53,022 nucleotides of DNA, taken from the IMG/VR virus record IMGVR_UViG_3300020452_000997, positions 1 through 53,022 of that record; one strand, 5' to 3'. Positions 36,054 to 45,041 of this stretch are shown here, piece after piece (within the stretch, counting starts at the first letter, position 1; the number at the start of each line of letters is the position of its first letter). The notes beneath the pieces are model-generated. The model saw nothing but the letters and a program-made list of their open reading frames with translations. It was not told the origin of the DNA and ran no database searches. This DNA is from a virus (lineage: Duplodnaviria; Caudoviricetes). Position numbers and translations under genes: made by a program.

Positions 36054-36325
36054 AAAGAATCCTTTACTATTGTGGTTTGACCAGCAACTTTGATCTTGAT
36101 TACTCGGTCTGCTCTAAAAGATCTCCATTGATTTAACTTGATGTCCATCACTTTGAATACATTTGGGTCTTGACATTTAACCCCGTTACCTTTAACAGGA
36201 CCTACATGTATTGGATTAAAAGTTAACTGGCGTTTTTCTCCATTCGCTTTAGTAAAAGAAACGCTAACAAACTGAGATCCAGCTGTTTTGATGATTTGGT
36301 TTAATAGCTGAGCGTGAGTGGCCAT
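36050..36325 (-). CDS. SH3/WYL-like protein (DUF2693-like)
   Basis: VSFTKANGEKR...MDIKLNQWRSFR; AAAGGAG RBS before the ATG at 36325. Confidence 0.7.
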   Translation of the reverse strand: MATHAQLLNQIIKTAGSQFVSVSFTKANGEKRQLTFNPIHVGPVKGNGVKCQDPNVFKVMDIKLNQWRSFRADRVIKIKVAGQTTIVKDSL

Positions 36326-36351
36326 TGGAAACTCCTTTGATGTATGCACTT

Positions 36352-36400
36352 ATACTAAACGCAATACTGCGATCAGTCAAGGCTTTTAACAATTGTTCAT
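36352..36400 (-). promoter_or_regulatory. Sigma70-type early promoter with upstream box
   Basis: TTGACT-17 nt-TAGTAT preceded by ATGAACAATTGTTAAA. Confidence 0.7.
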
Positions 36401-36426
36401 AAACCATTCGAAGAAGCTTGTTGTGC

Positions 36427-36597
36427 TTACGAGATGTTATAACTGTTTCTTATCTTTTGGATATTTTGATAAGCGTTTCTAAACCTTCGTATAGCAAGTA
36501 ATACTTCAGGATGGTCCCACCCCAATTCTTTTACAAGTTTAATTTCTTGTCGACCTAAAAGAGTTAACCAACTGACTTTAGCTGCAGTGTTTGTCAT
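36427..36597 (-). CDS. Hypothetical 56-aa protein
   Basis: MTNTAAKVSW...ELGWDHPEV...YNIS*. Not in the ORF track. Confidence 0.5.
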   Translation of the reverse strand: MTNTAAKVSWLTLLGRQEIKLVKELGWDHPEVLLAIRRFRNAYQNIQKIRNSYNIS

Positions 36598-36599
36598 GA

Positions 36600-36854
36600 T
36601 CAATCCTCTGGATAAGTGGTGTAGATGTCGCTAGGAAGGCAATTAAGTATCTCACAAATGTAACTTAATCCTTCTGAATCGTAACGACCAAAGTCTACCT
36701 CCAATGTTGTCTGGATGTAGTTACGATAAATTCGACCACCACGAGGCCGGAGTGCGTAACCCTCTTCAAGAATCCACAGCTCTTCTGCGGCTTCGATCCC
36801 TTGCTGAACGCGGCGGTTGTGAACGGCTTCAATTGTGACAAGACAGGTGTTCAT
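36600..36854 (-). CDS. Early protein
   Basis: TGATACAAT extended -10 plus CAACCAAAGGAG leader before the ATG at 36854. Confidence 0.65.
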   Translation of the reverse strand: MNTCLVTIEAVHNRRVQQGIEAAEELWILEEGYALRPRGGRIYRNYIQTTLEVDFGRYDSEGLSYICEILNCLPSDIYTTYPED

Positions 36855-36885
36855 GTGTTCTCCTTTGGTTGATGGGTTAATTGTA

Positions 36886-37041
36886 TCACAAGTAAGGATG
36901 GATGTAAAGGATGTCAAAAATTGAGATCCCTTCTATCTCAAAGATGGGCTTGCCTTTCGGAATAAAAGCTTTTTCATCTACCAGCTTGTAGCTTGTCGTC
37001 CCTTCCTGGTTCTTGTACTTGACTAGATAGGGTCTTTCCAT
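36886..37041 (-). CDS. Early protein
   Basis: TGCTACAAT plus CAACCAAAGGAG leader before the ATG at 37041. Confidence 0.6.
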   Translation of the reverse strand: MERPYLVKYKNQEGTTSYKLVDEKAFIPKGKPIFEIEGISIFDILYIHPYL

Positions 37042-37089
37042 GGTTGTCTCCTTTGGTTGTTGAATGAATTGTAGCACAGGTCAAAGCGT

Positions 37090-37608
37090 TTACTGCTTTT
37101 TGACAAAGTAACCTTCTAAGACACAAGAGCGGTCACCCCTGCTGTCATAGCTATCAAGCACCACATGATCCTCAACCGCTACTGCGTGACGGGTGGTGAT
37201 GGCCACGCAAGGTTGCTTAGGCAGGTTGTCAGCCTTAAACAGGGCATTAACACGTTTGGCGGATCTGATTGTACCGAAGCAGCGCTTCTCTTCTGTCGAA
37301 ACGAGCTCTCCCTTGGCCTCAACCCATGACCATCCGCGTTTGCGGTAAAATTCCTTGATAACACTAAAAGGAGTACCTGCCTTAAGGATGCTTGCAGGGC
37401 GACTCCTGACAATGTCTGCACGATCCTGCAGCTCCTTAAAGATAGCCTCATAGCTTTCCCCAGTAGCCCAGCAGGCAGATCGAACAGCGCAATCGCCACC
37501 GCTGGATACGCTGTCGGGGCGTGGCTGGTAGTGCTCAATCTTAAGACCAGTGCGTTTAGTCCGCTTAGCGTCAAGCTCGGCGGTCAGATTACTGATGCGT
37601 GTAGTCAT
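37090..37608 (-). CDS. Papain/C39-like fold early protein
   Basis: GDCAVRS...ATG.SY...HAVAV.....DSYDS (Cys-His-Asp); TGCTATAAT plus CAACCAAAGGAG leader. Confidence 0.65.
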   Translation of the reverse strand: MTTRISNLTAELDAKRTKRTGLKIEHYQPRPDSVSSGGDCAVRSACWATGESYEAIFKELQDRADIVRSRPASILKAGTPFSVIKEFYRKRGWSWVEAKGELVSTEEKRCFGTIRSAKRVNALFKADNLPKQPCVAITTRHAVAVEDHVVLDSYDSRGDRSCVLEGYFVKKQ

Positions 37609-37645
37609 GGATTTCTCCTTTGGTTGTTGGTTGAATTATAGCAGA

Positions 37646-37816
37646 TCACCAGAGAGATGAAATTCTTCCGTGATCAATCATAGCATTAGGCTTTTTTTCA
37701 CACCAAGTGTAAACACCTGTTTGGGACTGCAGAAAAGTTGGATAGGTCTGCAGTACTACTGGCTCGCCATCGGGGTCGAAGTAGTAAACGCAGTAAGCAT
37801 GGATGGGATCCTTCAT
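37646..37816 (-). CDS. Hypothetical 56-aa protein
   Basis: MKDPIHAYCVYYFDPDGEPVVL...; directly downstream of a near-consensus promoter. Not in the ORF track. Confidence 0.6.
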   Translation of the reverse strand: MKDPIHAYCVYYFDPDGEPVVLQTYPTFLQSQTGVYTWCEKKPNAMIDHGRISSLW

Positions 37817-37842
37817 CTAGAGTTTTTCCTGCTGACAAGTTA

Positions 37843-37871
37843 AGCATACCAGGCCCAATGACCCTTGTCAA
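37843..37871 (-). promoter_or_regulatory. Sigma70 promoter
   Basis: TTGACA-17 nt-TATGCT. Confidence 0.8.
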
Positions 37872-38027
37872 CTATTCACTATTTTTTAATAATTCCAAAG
37901 ATGAAAAGCAAAATCAAAGAAGACATAACAAAAGCAATCGCCATGACTAAGACGCATAGTTACGCTTGATTTTACCTTTTTAAGCAACCAAATTACACGT
38001 AAATATAATTAATGTGTTGAGCATAAC

Positions 38028-38051
38028 AAAAACCCCTCTTGTGAGGGGTTG
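38028..38051 (-). terminator. Terminator after the DUF4278 gene
   Basis: AACCCCTC-ACAA-GAGGGGTT plus TTTGTT. Confidence 0.75.
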
Positions 38052-38065
38052 AAGCGAGTAATCAG

Positions 38066-38239
38066 CTACTTAATATAACCAACCCCTCGATAGTTGCATT
38101 CTAGAGGTCTGTCAAGGGTTGGAGGTTGATGAGCAGAAATGTATGCAGAACCCCTGTAAGTCTTGCTCATAAGAAATTGAGCTTTGCTTAAGCTGGTTTG
38201 ACGCTTATGCTGTTCTTTAATGATTTGTAGCACGTTCAT
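38066..38239 (-). CDS. DUF4278-family small protein
   Basis: MNVLQIIKEQHKRQTSLSKAQFLMSKTYRGSAY...NYRGVGYIK (57 aa) with two YRGxxY motifs. Not in the ORF track. Confidence 0.8.
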   Translation of the reverse strand: MNVLQIIKEQHKRQTSLSKAQFLMSKTYRGSAYISAHQPPTLDRPLECNYRGVGYIK

Positions 38240-38257
38240 GGCTTCTCTCCATGAAAG

Positions 38258-38313
38258 CCTAGGTCCCCGTCGTATGGCCTAGGTCGGACTGCACTCCCAA
38301 AGAGTCGACGATT
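38258..38313 (-). ncRNA. Downstream-peptide (glutamine-II) riboswitch, variant P1
   Basis: CGUCG-ACUC-UUUGG-GAGU-GCAGUCCGA-CCUAGG-CCAUA-CGACG-GGGA-CCUAGG: P1, P2 and pseudoknot pairings all present; TGgTAAAAT promoter at 38320-38328; DUF4278 gene downstream. Confidence 0.8.
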
Positions 38314-38331
38314 CTATTTATTTTACCATGG

Positions 38332-38778
38332 TCAGAACAACAGCAACTGAAGATGGTTCCTGACGATCACTCTATCATGGATCTGGCTGTCAAGTAAGGC
38401 AACAGTAGCGCCCTTGCCGACGAAACAAGTATCCTTCTGGCCATTGTGGCCAAGGAAAAGGCGCACACCCTCGGGGATAAGGTCTAGAGCTCCTGCAGCA
38501 TCCAAGAGACCATTCAGTCGCTCTCTAGTGGTCCTTGACGGCCTTCCCTTCGAGTCAAAAAAGCCTCCGTTGCGAAGTGTCAAGCATTGAGAGGAAAGCT
38601 CAAAAATCGAGATCCCGAACAGAAGGACCTCGAAGGTTAGCTCTTGAGTAAGCCTGTTCTTCTTGACCGAGACTGTGGTGTTCCCCTTTGTTTCGCTAAG
38701 AAGGGTAGAGGGGTTTCTAATAAAGTCCGATAAGCGATCGGCTGCGAACTGGGTAAGTGTGCGGTTTGATCTAGTCAT
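38332..38778 (-). CDS. Conserved hypothetical phage protein
   Basis: GNTTV...V.L.G..I...SRTTRERLNGLL motif. Confidence 0.7.
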   Translation of the reverse strand: MTRSNRTLTQFAADRLSDFIRNPSTLLSETKGNTTVSVKKNRLTQELTFEVLLFGISIFELSSQCLTLRNGGFFDSKGRPSRTTRERLNGLLDAAGALDLIPEGVRLFLGHNGQKDTCFVGKGATVALLDSQIHDRVIVRNHLQLLLF

Positions 38779-38779
38779 T

Positions 38780-38995
38780 TTAAAATCCTTGGTTGTTTTG
38801 AAGCTCGGCTTCAGACTCGAAGTCTACATAAAGGTCTTCTTGAATTGCCTCGCACGAAAGAAAGTCTATCATATTAAAACGAATAAATTTCATTTCTTCG
38901 TACAAGTCTTCATCTATTTCAACCTTGCGAACGTGCTCAGCTATTAAATGGCAAGCATTCTTAAACTTTAACGATTTGTCATAAATCTTTCCCAT
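38780..38995 (-). CDS. Hypothetical acidic protein
   Basis: Operon packing. Confidence 0.6.
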   Translation of the reverse strand: MGKIYDKSLKFKNACHLIAEHVRKVEIDEDLYEEMKFIRFNMIDFLSCEAIQEDLYVDFESEAELQNNQGF

Positions 38996-39119
38996 TAGTT
39001 TTCTCCTTTTGAATTAGTTGAAAAAGTTTGTCATAGCCAGGAGGATTAAGGTCTGGCCTTGCCTTAAAGATAGCTCGCCAATCAGTTCCTCTGACGTGTT
39101 CGTTAAGTTTCTTCATAAT
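38979..39119 (-). CDS. Hypothetical small protein
   Basis: DW.AIF..RPDL.PPGY motif; likely start MKKLN. Confidence 0.55.
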   Translation of the reverse strand: MMKKLNEHVRGTDWRAIFKARPDLNPPGYDKLFQLIQKEKTNGKDL

Positions 39120-39447
39120 TGGGAGGCAATTGAGACGCTGGTCCTTTCCAGTACCAGAATCGCTTCTCTCTTTTACTAAGCCTTTGGTCATAGAACACCA
39201 AGACCTGTGTCCAAGTAGCGCCCCATAAATCTTGAGCAAAAACAGCGTAAGCACCACAACGAGAAGCAGCTATGTCAGGCACAAAACGTTTGCCATTTCT
39301 GTTCCAAGAAGGCTGCTTGCCTTTCCATTGCAGGGAGCAGGAAGGCCATGGAAGTTCTTCTCTGTCGTAGAGAACGCAAACAGGGCCTACTATTTCATAG
39401 ATAAAATTGCCGCCGTAAGACCTGATTTTTTTTCCATTTTCAAGCAT
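39103..39447 (-). CDS. Conserved cyanobacterial/cyanophage hypothetical protein
   Basis: YEIVGPVC.LYDREELPWPSCSLQWKGKQPSW. Confidence 0.7.
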   Translation of the reverse strand: MLENGKKIRSYGGNFIYEIVGPVCVLYDREELPWPSCSLQWKGKQPSWNRNGKRFVPDIAASRCGAYAVFAQDLWGATWTQVLVFYDQRLSKREKRFWYWKGPASQLPPNYEET

Positions 39448-39453
39448 CGTACT

Positions 39454-39699
39454 TTAGCTCTCATATCTGTAGTCAGATAAATTTATCACTACTCCTTCAA
39501 AAATTACGCTCACGTCAATTAAAGAGTTTTCAAATTCAGAAGCAAACTCTTTGGCTTCTTGTACCGTTTCAAAAGCTATTTCAACAATTTGATTGCCTTC
39601 TGCCGAAAAGTCAGCAGCATATTCAGGCTTAAAGGTGTAGCGAGCAACTACAGCCACTTGGTCAGCGGCTCCAGAACCTAGCCAGTAAGAGAGGGTCAT
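39454..39699 (-). CDS. Hypothetical protein
   Basis: Likely start MTLSYW; acidic C-terminal half. Confidence 0.6.
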   Translation of the reverse strand: MTLSYWLGSGAADQVAVVARYTFKPEYAADFSAEGNQIVEIAFETVQEAKEFASEFENSLIDVSVIFEGVVINLSDYRYES

Positions 39700-39749
39700 T
39701 GCAATAGCCTTTGAGCTCGGTTCTTGAAGTATACCATATAGACGCACCT

Positions 39750-41246
39750 TTAAAGGGTAGAGTCGTCTAATCCTGCTAGGCTTGCTGGCTTGACCTCTGC
39801 GTCATCTTGCTCGATCACAGGCTCTGGATCGATGGTTTTGGCTTCTTCTTCGATCCTGGTCAACTCTTCTTCAATTACCAGATCAGGATCAAGAACTCCA
39901 CCCCTCTGCAGCTCGTCCAAAAGCGTCCTTTTAGACATTGCCGCGTTTCTCATCAGGTTGATCAGCTGGGCCACCTCTGAAGCCTCTAGTGGCTTGCTTA
40001 TCAAGGAATCGTTTACGGCTAAGCCTGACTCGCTCGTAACAGATTCCTTTTCTCCTGAGTACCAAGCCCATAACCGAAGCAAGGTCTTAAACATTGAGGT
40101 TTTGTTGCGAATCAAAGCAGCGACGCTAGACGTTACCTGAGAAGCTCTCAAGGATGCCTCTGTAGCTGTTTTGACGTTTGCCCCATAAAGAAAATTTAAA
40201 GAGCTTCGATCCATCAACTCTTCTATATGTTTGATTTCGGATTGATGGCGCTCTAGGGACTTGCCTGTCGGTTCGGCAAAGCGGAACTCACCTCCTTCTC
40301 CAAGATCTACAGCAGTGTTTGGTCCCAATACAAGCCGATCGGGGAGGCCGTCAGGTCCGAGCGGAGCACCTCTTCTTACAGGTACCGGCATGGCACACTT
40401 GTGAAGAAGCTCAGCCAGGTCAGAACGCATTTGAAAGTGTTGAATACTGAGATCGGCTAATCCGTCCATAGGCAGGTCTCCTTGGGCGAAACGGCTGGTA
40501 GTAGCCCCATACCAAACCAGAGGTACGATCGGCATACCTGTTCCAGCTTCATCAATTTTTTGGTTCTCCCAGCGTTTTGAATTTGTTTTAATCAAGCGAT
40601 ATGTCTCAACTTTTCCTGGCGTAAGGACGTAATAAACAGGCTCTACCGAGGATCCAAAGCCAGCGCCAGGACTAGGAACGCTTCTTAATTGACGAACGGT
40701 CACTTTCTCCACTGTTTCTACCCCTCGCTCGTAACTCACTTGCCAGTTTATAACATCTGATCGTCGAATAGAAATCAAATACGGATGTCGACCATCGTTC
40801 ATTTGATCAAAAAAGTTATCCGCTCCATTATCAGGCATCATGTCAACCATGAGAAAAGAACCGCCATCACGAAGAACGGTTTCGTCAACCATTGTCAAGA
40901 AGCTCTGCATGCTAGAGCCCTGCAGATCCACATTGTATTGGCTGTTCTCCATGCTCGGAGGAGCGTCAATAATCTGAAAACGACTAAGCAGTCCAGCGTA
41001 AGATCGAATCGAGTCGCGATAAATAGGAGTGTAAGTAGACCTTTCTAACCGAGCAGAATATGCATTACTTGGCTCTGCTGGCTCACGATGCAAGTATTTG
41101 CTTTTTGCCGTACCAAGGCCGTCTGAGTTAAATAGCGCCCAACAGTCTTCAGCTCGCTCTAGCTGAGGAAGCAACTTAAAAATTTCTGGACGATGGTAAC
41201 TGACCAGATTTGGATCGTTCGTGGGGTGCTGAATTTTTTGAGACAT
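39750..41246 (-). CDS. Portal protein (DUF4055-like)
   Basis: YL.REP.E...Y..RL, VDLQG, G..F..VD, HPY, INW, KTATEA and S..T...ELQRGG motifs; 498 aa. Confidence 0.85.
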   Translation of the reverse strand: MSQKIQHPTNDPNLVSYHRPEIFKLLPQLERAEDCWALFNSDGLGTAKSKYLHREPAEPSNAYSARLERSTYTPIYRDSIRSYAGLLSRFQIIDAPPSMENSQYNVDLQGSSMQSFLTMVDETVLRDGGSFLMVDMMPDNGADNFFDQMNDGRHPYLISIRRSDVINWQVSYERGVETVEKVTVRQLRSVPSPGAGFGSSVEPVYYVLTPGKVETYRLIKTNSKRWENQKIDEAGTGMPIVPLVWYGATTSRFAQGDLPMDGLADLSIQHFQMRSDLAELLHKCAMPVPVRRGAPLGPDGLPDRLVLGPNTAVDLGEGGEFRFAEPTGKSLERHQSEIKHIEELMDRSSLNFLYGANVKTATEASLRASQVTSSVAALIRNKTSMFKTLLRLWAWYSGEKESVTSESGLAVNDSLISKPLEASEVAQLINLMRNAAMSKRTLLDELQRGGVLDPDLVIEEELTRIEEEAKTIDPEPVIEQDDAEVKPASLAGLDDSTL

Positions 41247-41345
41247 AGCAATCGCTGCGATGGTAGGCGTCGCGCCATAATAGATGGATACTTAGAAGCA
41301 TCTCGCCTCCATGCTGTTAGTTTGCCTGAAACTCAAATAGTTAAT

Positions 41346-41846
41346 TCAACCTTTGCTTATTTGGACAGTAGAGTCTCTGTGATATCGACCTGTAACAGAA
41401 TAAGGACGCAAAGGAGTGCTTTCTAGCCTAATAAAACGCAACTGCCCTATTCTGAGCCCGGCTCGCAAAGGTAACTCACTAAAACGTCTTAAGTTGCTGA
41501 GCTCAAGAGTGATTACCCCATGAAAGCCAGGATCGATATATGCAGAAAGAGCATGTTGATAGCCTTCCCTACCCCGTGATGATTTAAGCTGAAATACACA
41601 TTCTGTTGAAATAGGCACTCTTATCCATTCGGCGGTTCTAGCTAACACGAAAGACCCTGGAGGCATGTAAAAATCTTGATCTTTTATGTTTACTTCAACA
41701 AAACCACCGTGATCATTTTCTACTAAAATTTCATTACCAAGAGTTACATCGATCGAAGCTGGATTAATCATGTTGGGATCAAAAGGTTCGACTATGCCTT
41801 GGCTGCGGCAAAGTCTTCTGAGTTGATGGTCTACTAATGTTGACAT
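41346..41846 (-). CDS. dcd: dCTP deaminase
   Basis: INPASIDVTLG, KSSRGREG, IDPGFHG.ITLEL, RIGQL; start MSTLVD at 41846. Confidence 0.9.
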   Translation of the reverse strand: MSTLVDHQLRRLCRSQGIVEPFDPNMINPASIDVTLGNEILVENDHGGFVEVNIKDQDFYMPPGSFVLARTAEWIRVPISTECVFQLKSSRGREGYQHALSAYIDPGFHGVITLELSNLRRFSELPLRAGLRIGQLRFIRLESTPLRPYSVTGRYHRDSTVQISKG

Positions 41847-41853
41847 GCTTTTT

Positions 41854-42057
41854 TCAGTAAGAGAAATACTTTTTACGAAGCCTAAGGAAAGAAGCCCAAG
41901 CGGTTTCGACAGGATTTGTGTCAATTCCCGAAGTTTTGCGATACTTTAATTGTTGCTGGTACCAACTAAACTGTTGGCGAAAATTGCCTAAAGATTGTTC
42001 CAAATCAGGATGGTCTGGATATTCAACTTTGTTGATGTGCTCTTTATTCCAAGTCAT
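41854..42057 (-). CDS. Hypothetical protein
   Basis: Fills the gap between nrdJ and dcd; start uncertain. Confidence 0.5.
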   Translation of the reverse strand: MTWNKEHINKVEYPDHPDLEQSLGNFRQQFSWYQQQLKYRKTSGIDTNPVETAWASFLRLRKKYFSY

Positions 42058-42124
42058 GTCCTTGAAAAGTAAGGCAAGAGACCCCGAAGCGTTTTTCTCG
42101 CCTCGGGTGAAAAACGATCGTTGC

Positions 42125-44476
42125 TCATACTCCTTTCTCTCTTTCGTCAGCGTCGGCTTTAGCGATACAGGCAGCACTTGAACATGAAGTCACTGATTCC
42201 AAAGAGTACTCCTCACTGTCGAAACGATTCAGTATATCAAGAAAGTCTTCGCCAGAGTCGGAAATCAACTGAATCGTAACTAACTTGTCATAAGTAGCTT
42301 TATCAATTGGTTCAAAAGGAAGACGGGGGAATGTTCCACCATCAACATCAAATCGAGCCAATAAAGCCGCAGAAATGTAGCCAGTACCTTCCTCAATGCT
42401 TTCATGAATCAATCCAGATAAAGACTCAATTTCGTTTTCACGAAGCTCGATAGTAGCCGAGGTATTGTGGTCTGTATAGAAACTTTGAACATTCATGTAA
42501 AGACCCCACTGAGCCTCCACGGGGAGCTGAGCTAAATCAAATTCATCACAGCCAGGAATGTTGGCCCAACTTACTTCGGTCGGGATTTCCACCAAGACTT
42601 CTTGGACACGAGGGTCGTTAATATCGTCAAGGAGGTTGCCTTCATTGTCTCGTGCCGACTGAGCGGGGATGACGGAGAAGCCTTTTTCGAGGAGAGTTGG
42701 TACCAAAGGATCATTGATTCCGAGAGTGATACGACGAATGAAGCGTTGAGCCTTGGGAGGATGCCAGCCAGAGGAAGCTCCTGTCAAGAGACTCTTAGTG
42801 CCAGCAGGTTGAACGGTAGTGATCCGATTAGGTACGCGGAGCTCGTGCTTGGCGCAATAGTCTTCAACGCCCTTGTGAGCGGCATTACGCCACCGGCTAA
42901 GGTGCGACTGCTCCAGGCCGTTAAAAAGATCCGACGCCTTGCGGCCCTTACGACCTTCCATCATCCACTTCAACCACTCGTAGCCGCCAGAATGCACCAA
43001 GAAATCAAACAAGCCAGTGAAAGAGACACCAACGATTGGATCGATCTCCCGACTGTACTGGTATCTTTCGTGGACGAATTCATGCTGTAGTAGCGCAGCG
43101 ACCTGGAGTCCAGCAGCATAAAATGCGGCTTCTTGTGCTTCATAGTCTTTAGGGTCAATGTTATTGAGGTGGACCTCTGCCAGGTTGCAGTGAAAGTCAC
43201 GGCCGATGATTTCGCCGCAAGGGTTGAGGCCATAGCGATCCATGCGGTGCTGGAGTTCTCGTTTCGAGAATGGCACCTCGTATGCACGAGAGAGGAACTT
43301 GAGGTAGTTCTTGGCGGCTTCGCGACCATTGTTGACATAAGTGTTCAAGAAGTGACTCCGCTTTCTGCACGTCTTGAGTAAATCTGCGTTAGCACGAGCC
43401 ACTGCCTCAGGGACGTACTGGATCGCACCTTCGCCTGACTCAAATTGCAAACGCACAGCACTCTTCACTTCTTCCAGAGAAGGCTTGGTATGATAGCAGC
43501 GAGTGTGGTTAGCCATACGAAGAGCTTCTTTCTTCGGGTCTACACGCCAGTTCCCTGCCTCGTCTTGGGAGTACAGGCCCAGCTTGGCCGTGGTCGCTTC
43601 CTGGTTATCCTGAGAAAACTGACGCATGCCAGCAGAGCGACGGATGTTACCAGCTACGATGGCAGTAGCAGCTTCATCGATAAGCAGGCAGGCTTCAACT
43701 GGAGTCAGTTGACGTCCAACCGCACCATTAAGAATATCGATGACTCTTACAAAAGTTTCTTCTAGCTTGACAGGGTTAGACGTGCCCCCAAAGCCCTTAA
43801 GTTTTTCTCCTGCTGGGCGAACGTTCCCAAAGTCAATGCGTACAGACTCAGTGTTACGCTTATTCAGGTGAGGCTGCTTATAAAAACAGGCCAAATTAAT
43901 CAACGCTTGATAAGCGTCTCTCCATCCCTTCCTAGAGTCTCCAACAGCTATCGTAACCCATTCGTATGGGCCGCCTGCGTAAAGGGGAGTTCCGCCCTCT
44001 CTTATTATCTGAGTGTTTTCGGTGCGCTTACTCTCTGGGACACTGCCCGGAGATCTTCCAGGGAATTGAAGAATCCTTGTCTGCACCGGAGGTAATTGAG
44101 CTACGATAGAGTCCTCTAGCACCGCGCCTGTCCCTGAGCCCTGCATAGCAAGGTCTACAAGCAACCCAAAGGCATCCAAGTCGCCAATATGAGTCGAGGT
44201 GCAGTTGTAATAGCCAGAAAAGTTTTCCTGCTTCTTGCTCCATGGAGTGCCAGCGACCCAGAAAGCACGACCAGAAGGAAAAGCTCGTTGCTTTAGAGCC
44301 TGCTCGCGAACAATGCTGTACTCGTCCTGAGTGTATTGGCCTACCAGTGCCAGATCATTGACTGTGCGGAGCATTGCTTGCTCGAAGTTCTCGCGGGTTC
44401 CGTCTTCTTTTCTGCGGCTATATGTGCGGTAAAACACGGTTTCAGCTGATGGAGCATTGCAATTAAACTCGTTCAT
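42125..44476 (-). CDS. nrdJ: Class II (adenosylcobalamin-dependent) ribonucleotide reductase
   Basis: PSGR..W, YNC, AGNIRRSA, NPCGEI, CNLAE, TTVQPAGTKS, HNTSAT and a C-terminal CxxxxC. Confidence 0.95.
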   Translation of the reverse strand: MNEFNCNAPSAETVFYRTYSRRKEDGTRENFEQAMLRTVNDLALVGQYTQDEYSIVREQALKQRAFPSGRAFWVAGTPWSKKQENFSGYYNCTSTHIGDLDAFGLLVDLAMQGSGTGAVLEDSIVAQLPPVQTRILQFPGRSPGSVPESKRTENTQIIREGGTPLYAGGPYEWVTIAVGDSRKGWRDAYQALINLACFYKQPHLNKRNTESVRIDFGNVRPAGEKLKGFGGTSNPVKLEETFVRVIDILNGAVGRQLTPVEACLLIDEAATAIVAGNIRRSAGMRQFSQDNQEATTAKLGLYSQDEAGNWRVDPKKEALRMANHTRCYHTKPSLEEVKSAVRLQFESGEGAIQYVPEAVARANADLLKTCRKRSHFLNTYVNNGREAAKNYLKFLSRAYEVPFSKRELQHRMDRYGLNPCGEIIGRDFHCNLAEVHLNNIDPKDYEAQEAAFYAAGLQVAALLQHEFVHERYQYSREIDPIVGVSFTGLFDFLVHSGGYEWLKWMMEGRKGRKASDLFNGLEQSHLSRWRNAAHKGVEDYCAKHELRVPNRITTVQPAGTKSLLTGASSGWHPPKAQRFIRRITLGINDPLVPTLLEKGFSVIPAQSARDNEGNLLDDINDPRVQEVLVEIPTEVSWANIPGCDEFDLAQLPVEAQWGLYMNVQSFYTDHNTSATIELRENEIESLSGLIHESIEEGTGYISAALLARFDVDGGTFPRLPFEPIDKATYDKLVTIQLISDSGEDFLDILNRFDSEEYSLESVTSCSSAACIAKADADEREKGV

Positions 44477-44603
44477 AAAAAAAAATCGCGTGAGAGTAGT
44501 TTACCTGATCGAAATGCATGAGCAAGCTTCAATCAGGACCTTAGCATCAACCTGACGTATCTTGGTTAATTATATTGTTTGTGTTATTTTTTTTACATTT
44601 TTG

Positions 44604-44801
44604 TTAATTCTTTTTTTTAAAATTTTCCTGAGCGTAAGCAGCGATAGATCTCTTCTGCTCTCTTAATTGTTCGATCTCGGAAATCGTCAGATCTAGAAAG
44701 GCAAAGGTACCGTCTTCGATTTCGACGTACAGATCTTCGTCGATGGCTAGGTGTCCGCAGGGGGTACACTTGCAGTCCTCGCATGGCTTCTTACAGGTCA
44801 T
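44604..44801 (-). CDS. Small protein with Cys-rich N-terminus
   Basis: MTCKKPCEDCKCTPC. Confidence 0.55.
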   Translation of the reverse strand: MTCKKPCEDCKCTPCGHLAIDEDLYVEIEDGTFAFLDLTISEIEQLREQKRSIAAYAQENFKKKN

Positions 44802-44836
44802 TGTTGTAATAATTTTATTTAATTAAACAAAAAACA

Positions 44837-44968
44837 TTATTTCCCTTGTCCACGATATGCCTTGCAATTTTGTTGCTTAAAGCTTCCGCGCTTGCGAAGT
44901 CCATTTCCCTGAGAAGTCCTTTTTTTAGGACTGCTTTTTGGGGTTGTGGTTTTCGTGAAGAGTACCAT
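44837..44968 (-). CDS. Small basic YRGQG-motif protein
   Basis: MVLFTK...KKRTSQGNG...KAYRGQGK* (43 aa). Not in the ORF track. Confidence 0.65.
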   Translation of the reverse strand: MVLFTKTTTPKSSPKKRTSQGNGLRKRGSFKQQNCKAYRGQGK

Positions 44969-45041
44969 AGTTTTTTGTTTCGGACTTGTTCAGTTTAACA
45001 CAGGGGCGACAAAGGACCCTGCATGTAATGCAACATACCGG

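Noticed and set aside
38031-38088. Terminator/antiterminator switch (GAGGGGUUG can pair with CAACCCCUC)
   Set aside because: The upstream strand encodes the conserved RGVG of the DUF4278 protein, so coding constraint may explain it. Not excluded, but unsupported.
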